A stretch of DNA of 46,297 nt from a virus (Duplodnaviria > Caudoviricetes). Below the pieces are notes generated by a model. That model ran no database searches. It had not been told where the DNA came from and saw only the letters and a program-made list of their open reading frames with translations. Positions 33,501 to 42,249 of this stretch are shown one piece after another. The position numbers were made by a program, and so were the translations under genes. The stretch covers positions 1 to 46,297 of the IMG/VR virus record IMGVR_UViG_3300037439_000033. One strand, given 5' to 3'. Each line of letters starts with the position of its first letter. The first letter of the stretch is position 1.

Positions 33501-35940
33501 TATTTACGTGGATCGTGTCTTTATTGTAAATATCCTTTATCCTGGCAGGGAACTGAGCCGAGTAAGGGTCAGCCAAAGGCGTAAAAACATCTATCGCGTA
33601 CTGCTTAAACTCTGCCTTTATTAAACCTGCGGCATCGTAAAGCATCTGTTGCAATTCAGAACTATACTCAGTACGGGGCTGTGTGGTAGTTATGAAACAA
33701 TATATGTTTCGCTCCCTTGCCTCGTCGAATATGGTCTTGAGGTTAGTTAAAAAAACCTCGTTTGAGTTGAAAGATGGATCGTTTGAAGGGAGTGATATGA
33801 TGATAATATCAGGATCGAGTGCTATTGCCGCCTCTATGTTTCTATTCCAATCACTTTGTATAGTAGTTCCATCCGGAACGTACATGCTAGACCATGTACC
33901 ACTGTTCGCTATTTTATAGAAAACGCCATCAGCACTATTTGAGTCAACCCAATTTGTAAGCAAAGTAGGAAGTCCGTTTGATTCCGGTTCTGCCCCAGCA
34001 CCGTTCATGGTAGATGATCCAACGCCAACAATGCGCGGCGCGTTCGTCAGCAGGTTGGTAGGGTAGTCGATGTTGAAACGTACAGTATTATTCAGCCCAT
34101 CCGAAACCGCAATATGGATTTCAACCGGGTCGAACACGGTCACGTCAAAGAACACCGGATCGAACAGAGTCAGATCCAGCGGTATCTCCTGCGTTCCGGG
34201 CGTTTCGTTGTCGATAAGACCGATGCCCAGGAAGTTGTAAACGTCCGAAGCCTTCAGTCTGTAATCATCCGGAGGACGCGTCGTGGTGCTGCTGTTGAAC
34301 AACTGCAGCTCCCAGAACGCGTCGCTTGTACCGGCGGGGGGCTCATGTCCGAAATTGTTGTCTATTTTAGAACGGTAGATGGCCGATTTGTGCATCGTCC
34401 AGTTACCGAAGTTGTATACGTTGTTTTGTCCTTTGTTAGTCCCTCCTGCTGGGAATCGACTGTCCTCTCCAATTTTGGCAGACCACATCGAGAAGTCGAG
34501 GTAAGCGTAGGCAGGCTCAAATCCTGGGTCAACGAATGCAGGCCAGATAGGGTCTGTAACCGCAGAGTTTGCGTCAAGTCCTGTCCCTAATGTTACGTTA
34601 GCGCTCGCTCCATCCAGCAACGTCATGCCTGACTGATACTTGTTCCGCTTGATGCTTATCGGCATCGTCGTATTAGCATTATGGATAATACGCGTGCCCT
34701 GTGTTCTTGCCGTGTATACGGACGAGTAACGAAGGTTAGCAGGAGCCGTGTCGCGAAGGAAGTACGCAAACCAGTTATCCTCTATGTCATACCCGGTCAG
34801 TGTGTCAACTGACGGGAATATGTACATGCCTTCGTATCGGCATCCGAAAAATAAGTTGTTGCGAACCTTTATGTTTTTGCCGAGTGTCGGGTTATCAGGT
34901 GGCGTGTTTACGCCTTGAGCCTCAGAAAGCACAACGAAGTACTCACCGCAACCTATCGCCAAGTTGTTCTGGAAGAACCACTCCCCTTCTCGGCTATCAG
35001 CCTGAGTCAACCTATCCTGGAATGGGTTAAAAGGAGACTTCCACCGGCTTCCGCACATGATGAAAACGTTGTTATATACGTTACACCCATCGCCGTAATT
35101 ACCAAACTGAAGGCCTTCGTTAGCTACCCGGATAATGCGGTTATTGTAAACAAGGCAGTTCTCCATCCGGTGAGAACTGATGTTTGTATTTTGGCCAAAA
35201 TAACCACCCTCACCACCTAAATCGTGATGATAGTTGTCATGCCACTTATACGTCATGGTCTCGTCAGGGTGGTTATCCCACTTTAGAGATACCCCAAATC
35301 CACCGTCGCAAATCTCAATGTAATCTACTTCGAAGTTGTTGGCCATTCCAACGGCGTCAGTTCCTCCGATAGCCAGGTTGAACTGCTCCATCGTGGTCCA
35401 GTTCATTGAACAGCGAATACCGTACTTGCCTGCGCTATTACCATATCCGGTGTCGTGGCCCCTGAAATTAGGGTCGCCTGTCTTTAAAGCTGCGTCATAC
35501 TTACCGGTAACCCGGAAGAAGTTTGACCCGGCCATGCCCCAGGTGTTCTCAAAACCTATTGCAGTTTTGAAGCCGCCGCAGTTTATCTGGCCGTCGTAAT
35601 TGGTGATTATGACCCGCTCTGTGTCGGAATTACCATTCCAGTACTGCGTTTCAAGCTTTACGTACCCGTAGTTACCTCCCTTGATGATAACCTTGTTGGG
35701 CCAGCTAACCGGAACGTTATGGTTCCCGAAGACGGGGTTCATGTCGATCGCTGTAAACAATCCCCCGGGCCGCTGGATGATAACGTTAGGCCCGTCTATG
35801 ATGTAGTCACCGATGTTCGCGTTCCATATCTCCGCCGCGTCTATAGCGTCCGCATACCTCCAACCGCTGTTCGTTCGAACAGGATCAGGGACTACGTATG
35901 ACGCTCTCGAAGAGAGACCCGGCAGAAGGGATGTTACCAT
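30529..35940 (-). CDS. 1803-aa multi-enzyme virion fibre: beta-helix, CBM5/12-like, SGNH hydrolase, FN3, alpha/beta-hydrolase and three beta-sandwich modules
   Basis: Asn-ladder beta-helix repeats; GSST/SND/DTIH SGNH blocks; YYYRVRA FN3; LHGAG, GLSLG, HGSTD and GH esterase motifs. Confidence 0.8.
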   Translation of the reverse strand: MVTSLLPGLSSRASYVVPDPVRTNSGWRYADAIDAAEIWNANIGDYIIDGPNVIIQRPGGLFTAIDMNPVFGNHNVPVSWPNKVIIKGGNYGYVKLETQYWNGNSDTERVIITNYDGQINCGGFKTAIGFENTWGMAGSNFFRVTGKYDAALKTGDPNFRGHDTGYGNSAGKYGIRCSMNWTTMEQFNLAIGGTDAVGMANNFEVDYIEICDGGFGVSLKWDNHPDETMTYKWHDNYHHDLGGEGGYFGQNTNISSHRMENCLVYNNRIIRVANEGLQFGNYGDGCNVYNNVFIMCGSRWKSPFNPFQDRLTQADSREGEWFFQNNLAIGCGEYFVVLSEAQGVNTPPDNPTLGKNIKVRNNLFFGCRYEGMYIFPSVDTLTGYDIEDNWFAYFLRDTAPANLRYSSVYTARTQGTRIIHNANTTMPISIKRNKYQSGMTLLDGASANVTLGTGLDANSAVTDPIWPAFVDPGFEPAYAYLDFSMWSAKIGEDSRFPAGGTNKGQNNVYNFGNWTMHKSAIYRSKIDNNFGHEPPAGTSDAFWELQLFNSSTTTRPPDDYRLKASDVYNFLGIGLIDNETPGTQEIPLDLTLFDPVFFDVTVFDPVEIHIAVSDGLNNTVRFNIDYPTNLLTNAPRIVGVGSSTMNGAGAEPESNGLPTLLTNWVDSNSADGVFYKIANSGTWSSMYVPDGTTIQSDWNRNIEAAIALDPDIIIISLPSNDPSFNSNEVFLTNLKTIFDEARERNIYCFITTTQPRTEYSSELQQMLYDAAGLIKAEFKQYAIDVFTPLADPYSAQFPARIKDIYNKDTIHVNNAGHIVLRDTIITALEAVFVNKSYLKYQIFRSTNAVTGFALWKDNVTQNDVSFFREDDTTYYYRVRAQRSDTTYTAYSNVVSLDQDLFAGDVVQRVFINFGNSTRPGPVVGWNTLLPSGDQPDAGEEFTGMKDVLDADTGIGVRIIGSFAGVRSSGGRASEDYPLDVIRTSWRLDATTKAEIEFFGLDPAYLYTFKFLSSFQNLGPYWYTGFVSGDRSAYVPANDPVLSSNDSKTADLYSMRPAGDGTLRVKIKALPSAVIGFMNTVKIYKLNLNNAIPVDLATFTPVLFEPVSFRSGTTNGVIQINLTGAVDSGLDDWNDVNASTTETFGNMITSALVNTGIGIRFVGIDNNRTDNDTNYTGTTEFPTAVIRYGIYRSGNPPPQVILTNIKETKRLDFRILASRRDTDNIQSITIGSITQEINVSNNKNSILEFLNVEPDGSGEIAMTITYVSGPSVGYTYLTAMRVEVKDADANVPVILPVTTFDAVFFDPQVLQNNIIFGLTTFDPVFFQPVVAEAGGSAAVLSTNQVYITGTTERAMIYQPAGYNSNSNTYPLMIYLHGAGRTINTVLGEGAPLMINSGDTLDNEMLVIAPGAPSGLTSWGIVINGQMRPLHALDYMIANYRVDTTRVYVTGLSLGSAGSWLMAAAAPTRVTAVFAVAGSQPIGYSYASIRNIPVFSLHGSTDTTQDRANTPQMAFAMNSLSPAPKYPPIMMIIWGAGHSGTVWHDNAYRRKNSPVSGTKAKYNYNWWMLKFSKDTQKEAFGFVQYAERTQLIEDYLQALPVVNALPSSSFKTGLLGQLAALKASLYARMFIVDLGSSTYPSASPINNLTNINNGQAVNNLVEYDGSASTVGLTIINRFSTFNPQTEHSVRMAANYFGLGVNFNRDGARMLTSITNGSMKFTGLNNAKSYKVVVYVGMDNGDDFATRAEASVTIGATTQTMYAQYSVFQGIVFETVTPTAGEITIAARASQTRDACITGLILIEKP

Positions 35941-35941
35941 G

Positions 35942-38104
35942 TTATTCTTCCTCGATTACTAATGCGTTCAGATATGCCAGAGAGTTGTCGTCCTTATCCA
36001 ATAGTACAGTTATAACGCCTGAAGATGGCGAAACCCCTGTTCTATTGACTGTTGTCGACGTATTACCGATCGACTGAAGAGCAGTTAACGCAACCCCATT
36101 GACCGTAAATATTGATCTCCGAGAACCACCGACGGCACTATCTCGTGAAGCCATCAATGTGATTTTATAGGTCTTGGCGTTATCCAATCCATATATTTCT
36201 ATCTTACCTTGACCCCCGTTCACATACCAGAACGATGTTAAAACGAGATCAGGGTAAACCCCTGAGTTATTTCCAGTTGATTGGCCTGAGTTTATCGCAG
36301 CTCTCGCCCAGCTTGTAGTGTCGTTTCCTGTGTTGATTGAACGAACACCTACACCTGTACCGTTGATATTACACCATTGGCTCCATAGGTTATTGCCAGT
36401 GTTTGAACGGCTGCAATCTATAGTTCCAGCAGCGTTGTCAGGGTTGCTTTCACCCCAAATGTTATTCCATCCAGATACAGAAGGCGCTGCGCCATTCATC
36501 CCGAAATTGAGTTTCAAATTCAACTTCTCAGGCCATGCCAACCTAAAAGTTTCCATAGCTGTAAATGCCGATGCGTAGTTTTGTGTGCCAGGCCCAGCGA
36601 GAACCCAACCAATATCTACGTTACCGTATTCTGCCTGTGGAGTACCTGATACGCTTCTGTCACACACATCGACACTATCATCACTAGAACCTGTTGACGC
36701 GGTCGATACGGTTTGTGGTTCCGTTAAATTGATAATCAAAGCAGATGCACCCGCAGCAGTCCTTTTTAATCCGTATATCCTATCGTTTTTTAAATCGCCT
36801 TCCGTGGCGTATGTATTCGTGGTTTGTGTGTTGATCCTCCACTCAATACCTCCTCCGCTTGCCTTCTGCCTGAAAAATATGGTTCCTATAGAAGATCCGC
36901 TAGCCGTGCCACCACCAAATAGAGAAAACAGAACATTTGTTGAACGGTTCGTTACCAACTTAACAGCGAATAACGCATTGTCTTGCGTAGAATATGCGGT
37001 GGCAACTGCCGCTCCTGTTATGGTAGACTTGTATCCAGAATCTATTTCTTTATTAACGCCGTCTCCACTTATGAATTTATCTTTCGTCCAACCTATAGCA
37101 CTGCCTGATTGTAACCCCCTATCTACAGGCGCAACAATACCAGCATAGTCGGTAAATATATCTCTTTGATCTGACGTAAAACATGGCAGAATAATATCCC
37201 AATTATCCCAATCGGCTATGCTTGAAATGAGCGTTTCGATTAAGCCCTTTTGCCTAGCTGTGATTTCTCCCAATAGGGAGCTGACGATAAACCTAGCCCT
37301 TTTCGTAAGGGTTGAATTTACATACCACTTACCAAATCCTTGACCCCAAATAATGTTACCGGAGTCATTCAAGTGAACGTTAGCCGCTTGGTTGTATCCG
37401 TTCTGGCAAAGGTTTGCGCATGTTGGGCCTAGGAAAAAATTAGAGTAGTCACGCTGAAATTCTTTCAGAGTCTTACGACAAACTCTCTGTTTAGCACTTC
37501 CAATGTTACCAGGATCGGTGAAGAATGCTGTATTATCAACATATCCAACTGGCGCCCATACTATGTCACACCCAGGAAAATCTACCGTAAGCCTGTCGTA
37601 TAAAGATTGATACCCTGTTACTATGTTAGCTGTTGTAGTTGCTGATGTCTGGCAATCATTTACGCCCAGCTCAATGTATATTTTTACCTTGGTTAGGTTC
37701 TTTAAAGCCATTGCTGCCTTAGCCCGTGCAACCATGGTAGTGTATAATGTAGCAGAAGTATACCATGTATTTGTTGGATCGCTTGCTACTGGCCACGCTG
37801 TTGAGCCACCTTGTGCACAGTTTACTATAATGGTTTTTAATAAAGTCTGAGCATATACATAATTGGCGTAAGAAATCCATGGCGCCCCGTTTACCTCTCC
37901 CAAAATATGGCTTCCACTGACTTCCTCAATTAATCCGGATGTATTGTTATATTGGAATACAGCTCCCGTAGTTGCGTTTGGCAATGTCGTTCCTGGACTG
38001 GAATTACCAGCTGCCAGAGACTCGCCAAATATTACAATCATATGCTGATTGTCAGGAGTTATCTCTCCGCCTCCTGATGAGAATCTGTAAGGGTTTATAA
38101 TCAT
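35942..38104 (-). CDS. Receptor-binding protein with SGNH (carbohydrate O-acetylesterase-like) and lectin-like domains
   Basis: MIINPYRF N-terminus; GESLAAG, AQGGS, GVND and VH motifs. Confidence 0.75.
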   Translation of the reverse strand: MIINPYRFSSGGGEITPDNQHMIVIFGESLAAGNSSPGTTLPNATTGAVFQYNNTSGLIEEVSGSHILGEVNGAPWISYANYVYAQTLLKTIIVNCAQGGSTAWPVASDPTNTWYTSATLYTTMVARAKAAMALKNLTKVKIYIELGVNDCQTSATTTANIVTGYQSLYDRLTVDFPGCDIVWAPVGYVDNTAFFTDPGNIGSAKQRVCRKTLKEFQRDYSNFFLGPTCANLCQNGYNQAANVHLNDSGNIIWGQGFGKWYVNSTLTKRARFIVSSLLGEITARQKGLIETLISSIADWDNWDIILPCFTSDQRDIFTDYAGIVAPVDRGLQSGSAIGWTKDKFISGDGVNKEIDSGYKSTITGAAVATAYSTQDNALFAVKLVTNRSTNVLFSLFGGGTASGSSIGTIFFRQKASGGGIEWRINTQTTNTYATEGDLKNDRIYGLKRTAAGASALIINLTEPQTVSTASTGSSDDSVDVCDRSVSGTPQAEYGNVDIGWVLAGPGTQNYASAFTAMETFRLAWPEKLNLKLNFGMNGAAPSVSGWNNIWGESNPDNAAGTIDCSRSNTGNNLWSQWCNINGTGVGVRSINTGNDTTSWARAAINSGQSTGNNSGVYPDLVLTSFWYVNGGQGKIEIYGLDNAKTYKITLMASRDSAVGGSRRSIFTVNGVALTALQSIGNTSTTVNRTGVSPSSGVITVLLDKDDNSLAYLNALVIEEE

Positions 38105-39492
38105 CCGAAAATCAATGTTACTTTAAGCCCTGCTGCACCACTTGTGCCGATTTGATCCACGTCGATCGTTATCTCTGCATCGTCTGCCAATGCAGCGTCC
38201 GAGATTACAGCAGGAGTTACCGCCGATGTGCTGGTTTTCTCCGTGTTGTCGATGGTGAGTTTCGTGGAAAGAACCGACGTGCCGCCTTCGTTGATGTCTA
38301 CCGTGAAGATGTTACCAGACGCCTGAGCAGTAGTAAGGCTGGCCCGAACACCTACCAGTGTAGCCGCGTATGGCATTCTAAATGCTACCTTGCCAGTGCC
38401 GGCCGTAATAGCAGTTGTTTCATCCGAGCACGCTACCTGGATGCGCTGTAGGTCGTCTGCATAGGCCTTGGCAGCAGCTTCAGCCGCAGCGATAGCCGCC
38501 GTGATTGCTGACTGACTAACCAGCGGCCCTAGCGATCCAGACACGAGGAACACTTCTGATCCCTGGTGGATGATCGCGGCGCCTCCGACGTAAACCCGCA
38601 TGTTGAATGCGTTGATCTCCTGGTAAGGTCCTTCGACAATGTCGATATAGTCATTGGTCCCGTCCTTTTTGTAGAAGAAGGCGGTCCATCCCTTGCTAAG
38701 GCCTAGCTCCGGGGTTACCGAAGTGATACCGTTGTATGTCATAACAATGACTGCGTTCCGGTGCCTCTCTTCTAAAACTAAGTTTTGATCATCGATCACG
38801 AATATCTCCGGCCGGGTGATGCCGGTCCATACGTTGTTCCAATACAGCATTAGATCATCCTTCTCGACTGACCCGACGATCATACCCTGCGCCGGTGCGT
38901 TTACACCTGCCAAGCTTGAAACTACGTTTATAAGGAATGCTTTGGTGTTGCTGATGAGCTGAAGAATGGAAGACCCGTTCATCGTGGTGCCGCCGATAAC
39001 AACGCCAGCGAGGTTATTGAACCATGCCGGTGACGTACTGCCTTCTCCTTCGAAACCGAAGCCGGCGGCAGATTTAAAATATAGAGACGTGGCGTTCCAA
39101 AGCGCCGACCAGTTGCTGCCGACCCAACTAAAGAAGCCTATCGGGGAATCATCTGAACCCCACTGAGAACCAAATCCTGCGCCCGGGATAAGTACGTCAC
39201 GTATGAGCACGCTTCCCATCGTGATGTTACCTGGCTGGTCCGGATTTGCGTCCGGCACAAGCTCAACGCCACCGGAAACTGTGGCATTCAGTCCACCGCC
39301 ACCAGTCCCGCCGGATGATGTAGCCGATACAGTTATCTTCTTCCCGACCCGTTCCACGTGAAACGTGACCGTATTACTGTCGATAAAGTCTATTCGATGC
39401 GTTCCACTGAACGATAATCCATTGTGTGAGACCGCAACACCATCGATGAAGCCGACCTCTATTTCGTGTCCTAATACTTCTACGGTAATCAT
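38101..39492 (-). CDS. Tail fibre / adaptor protein
   Basis: Internal ...FLVSGSL adaptor-like end; C-terminal ACSDETT...FRMPY...IDVDQIG..AGLKVTL domain. Confidence 0.7.
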   Translation of the reverse strand: MITVEVLGHEIEVGFIDGVAVSHNGLSFSGTHRIDFIDSNTVTFHVERVGKKITVSATSSGGTGGGGLNATVSGGVELVPDANPDQPGNITMGSVLIRDVLIPGAGFGSQWGSDDSPIGFFSWVGSNWSALWNATSLYFKSAAGFGFEGEGSTSPAWFNNLAGVVIGGTTMNGSSILQLISNTKAFLINVVSSLAGVNAPAQGMIVGSVEKDDLMLYWNNVWTGITRPEIFVIDDQNLVLEERHRNAVIVMTYNGITSVTPELGLSKGWTAFFYKKDGTNDYIDIVEGPYQEINAFNMRVYVGGAAIIHQGSEVFLVSGSLGPLVSQSAITAAIAAAEAAAKAYADDLQRIQVACSDETTAITAGTGKVAFRMPYAATLVGVRASLTTAQASGNIFTVDINEGGTSVLSTKLTIDNTEKTSTSAVTPAVISDAALADDAEITIDVDQIGTSGAAGLKVTLIFG

Positions 39493-39881
39493 TGCTTTGC
39501 GTCTTTAGGGCCAAAGGTAAAGTTTGCGTACCCGTTCAACCAGGTCTCTTTCGTGTCTACCCGGTAGAGCTCCCAATAGTATTGCCCTTCCGGTATGTTG
39601 GTTTGGTCCGAGGTGAAGAAGGCCTCCAGTACACTGGTCTCGTATACAGGAATGCTCAAACCGCTGCCCAACGTCAGCGATATGATACTCTTTCTATCCC
39701 CCGGGTATCGTTTAATAAATAGCTGGAATACCCAACTTGTAATATCCACCTCCTCGCAATTCTCGCTGAACCGGAAAGGCAAAGTAGCCTCCCGATTGAT
39801 TCTGAATTGCAGCAGCACGCGCCGCGCCGGATCGATGGATACCTTCTTACTCATTATTGAATATCGATTTAGCAACGTCAA
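39489..39881 (-). CDS. BppU-N-like baseplate/fibre-anchoring protein
   Basis: DIT.W.F, T..IP.G.YYWEL, W..G pattern. Confidence 0.6.
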   Translation of the reverse strand: MTLLNRYSIMSKKVSIDPARRVLLQFRINREATLPFRFSENCEEVDITSWVFQLFIKRYPGDRKSIISLTLGSGLSIPVYETSVLEAFFTSDQTNIPEGQYYWELYRVDTKETWLNGYANFTFGPKDAKQ

Positions 39882-40386
39882 TTTGCGAGGTGTTATTCCC
39901 GGTTATCGACGTTATTGAAAAGTTGTTAGCAGGCTGATCACCGCATGAATCATACAGTGGGTATGCGTCTGTCCTGGTTGTCCGCACAAACTTGATCCAT
40001 GATGAAATACCATTCTGATACGTAACAAACTGTTCCTTCACGTGCTTCTCAAGCGAGTACATTGCGATGTCTTCTGCCAGTGAGCTGTTGTCGTCGTTGA
40101 AAGTCCTGATTCCTGTAGGTGTTGCGGTTACATTCGCAAACTTCAGGTAGTGGAAGTACGTCCGCCAGGCTAGGTAGTCTTTTATCGCTTCCTCATACAA
40201 GTTTTCATTGTCCGTGGTGAACGTGCTCGCGGTAAACTGCGTCTGCAACTCCGCAAAATAATCTCTCCCGACGATCCCCTTAAGGTCACGCTCGGCCATT
40301 TTAAGGCACATCTCGTATTTCTTGTCGTCCTCATTGACCGACAGAAAGCACGCCTCGTTAAGGTAGTGTAGTGGTATCAGCGGCAT
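39847..40386 (-). CDS. Head-tail adaptor
   Basis: Directly after the portal; A...L..I.G..., IK.YLAW..Y, T.TG pattern. Confidence 0.7.
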   Translation of the reverse strand: MPLIPLHYLNEACFLSVNEDDKKYEMCLKMAERDLKGIVGRDYFAELQTQFTASTFTTDNENLYEEAIKDYLAWRTYFHYLKFANVTATPTGIRTFNDDNSSLAEDIAMYSLEKHVKEQFVTYQNGISSWIKFVRTTRTDAYPLYDSCGDQPANNFSITSITGNNTSQIDVAKSIFNNE

Positions 40387-41977
40387 CTTCTTCTTCAGGT
40401 GTGAGTAAAAACATATCAGCTTCTGCGTCAGTTAGCCCAAAGGCTAGGATCCTGGCCTTAGCCAAGTCGTATGTTATGCGGCCTTTCATGAATGCTTTCG
40501 CAATCGTAAGGCATTGATTCATTTTTGCTTGTGAAAGGCTGCTGAAAGCCTCAGATGGAGGAGGCGCAACTGGTTCTACCGGTTTTGGATTGCCTTCATC
40601 GTCGAGTTTCGGTTCTTCGCCTTGCACCGGCGCAGGAGTAACGGCGACTGTCGCACTAAGCTTGATCCCCGGGATATTCGCACGGATAAACTCGCGCTTT
40701 TCTTCGGTCGTGAGCACATCCCAGAATTTGTCGTCAATTTCTACCGGAGTAGTCACCGGCTGGAAGTTTTGTATCCGAACTTCTCCGCGAATACCCATCC
40801 CTGGTAAAAGAATCTTGTTGTAGTAGTTAATCAACACGTTCTGGAATGGCGTCACGCGTGATTGCATAAGCTCTACCGCCTTTTGTATTTCAGATCCACC
40901 GGAACCCAGCGAAACCCCTTCCGATATGTTGGAAAGGATTGGAGGCACCCGGCGGGCTATCGTGATGTTCTTTGTTGTTAGGTCTTGTAGTGCTAGGAAA
41001 AGGTCCGCGTTAGCTGTAGAAGGGAATGATTCTATCTCTGGCAGCGAAGCAGAATTAAGCCCCCATAACGCCATTACGCCGCCCATCTTTTTACGTCCGG
41101 AGAATTTTTCGGCCATATCCTCTGCCAACGCTTCAGCATTTGTTTTGCTGGACTTACCCGTTGATGGGTCTATGTGCTTTGGATTGGTAGACCATCCGTT
41201 AGCGTCGCCGATTATCTTCAGCATTACGGATTGCAGGAACCCATTGTCAAGGTTATGACTGTGTGCGTCTTGAATCTTGCCGTCGATGTAAATCCACTGC
41301 TTTGCTGACCAGTATCCTGGTACCGGGTAGAACCGGTGTATCGGGCTTGTCTTGCCGTAGTAGTACACCTGTCCAGGGTAGCCACGGTATTTGTCTGGAT
41401 CTTCTTTCTTCTTCTCTTCTGCCGCGTCGATCTCTTCTTTTACAGTTTGAAGATTGTGCACCGGGTAGCATTCTGTGTAATGCCTGCGCCACTCATTAGT
41501 CCCGAAGTATGGGTTGTGCTTTATCGAGGTGATCATCGGTGACCCATCTATCGGCATGGTCATGCGACATCCTTCGAAGCCCATCATGTAGGCCTGCGTG
41601 ATCTTTTTACCGGTTGGATTGTACTTGTGATTGACCGCGAACCCCTCGAATAGCGCCAGGCATTCAGAAAGCGATTCGTGTAGACCCCAAAGCGTGGTGC
41701 CCTGGTCGTCCACTACAATGTCCATCAGCGCAGGATCAGAGAACCCGGCCCCTTTAATGAACTGCGCTACTGTTGCGGTGCAAGATGATGCGGCCGGGCT
41801 GTCCTCTACCGCCTGCGCAATGCGCAATGGCAGCGCGTCGTCGTCTCCGTAACGTATTGTATCCTCCGACCAGTTCTTCTGTTCCGGTACGGCTTTCTCA
41901 CGTTTAAGGCTTTTCGGCCCGCTGTTGGCTGGAATGAACGAAACGGAAGGGCTGTATTTCTTTTTCGAACGGCGCAT
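40358..41977 (-). CDS. Portal protein
   Basis: YGDDD..P, S..AS.C, FI.G.G, YP.P.Y, NGF..S, I..A.RVPP.L; ATG at 41977 preferred. Confidence 0.88.
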   Translation of the reverse strand: MRRSKKKYSPSVSFIPANSGPKSLKREKAVPEQKNWSEDTIRYGDDDALPLRIAQAVEDSPAASSCTATVAQFIKGAGFSDPALMDIVVDDQGTTLWGLHESLSECLALFEGFAVNHKYNPTGKKITQAYMMGFEGCRMTMPIDGSPMITSIKHNPYFGTNEWRRHYTECYPVHNLQTVKEEIDAAEEKKKEDPDKYRGYPGQVYYYGKTSPIHRFYPVPGYWSAKQWIYIDGKIQDAHSHNLDNGFLQSVMLKIIGDANGWSTNPKHIDPSTGKSSKTNAEALAEDMAEKFSGRKKMGGVMALWGLNSASLPEIESFPSTANADLFLALQDLTTKNITIARRVPPILSNISEGVSLGSGGSEIQKAVELMQSRVTPFQNVLINYYNKILLPGMGIRGEVRIQNFQPVTTPVEIDDKFWDVLTTEEKREFIRANIPGIKLSATVAVTPAPVQGEEPKLDDEGNPKPVEPVAPPPSEAFSSLSQAKMNQCLTIAKAFMKGRITYDLAKARILAFGLTDAEADMFLLTPEEEDAADTTTLP

Positions 41978-41983
41978 TATGGC

Positions 41984-42038
41984 CAAATGTAGCCATCACT
42001 GAAATGATAAAACGGAGGCGGCCGCACGACATGCTACC
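41984..42038 (-). promoter_or_regulatory. Putative late promoter with palindromic operator (copy 2)
   Basis: GGTAGCA-N5-TGCGGCCG, 27 nt, TACATTTG, 6 nt, ATG. Confidence 0.75.
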
Positions 42039-42249
42039 ACTTCCGTCCTTCGGGATGCTCGCACTCTTCGTCTCGTACTCTGGTTTTAGCGATCAACGGG
42101 CAACCGCACACACCGCACACGAATCCTTTACGCTTGTCGCACGGCGTGCAGTGCTTCATTCGCTCACGGCTTAGTTGAGTGTTTCCGCCGGTAATTACAA
42201 AAGTCCAGCCTTGAAGAAATCTACCGAGCCATTGTATTTTTCTTCCCAT
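42034..42249 (-). CDS. Small Cys-rich protein (DUF6171-like)
   Basis: R...C..C...C..CGC.L.AK....E.C....KW. Confidence 0.75.
   Translation of the reverse strand: MGRKIQWLGRFLQGWTFVITGGNTQLSRERMKHCTPCDKRKGFVCGVCGCPLIAKTRVRDEECEHPEGRKW

Noticed and set aside
30529-39492. Diversity-generating retroelement or invertase-based fibre switching
   Set aside because: No reverse transcriptase, recombinase or near-identical template/variable repeat pair seen
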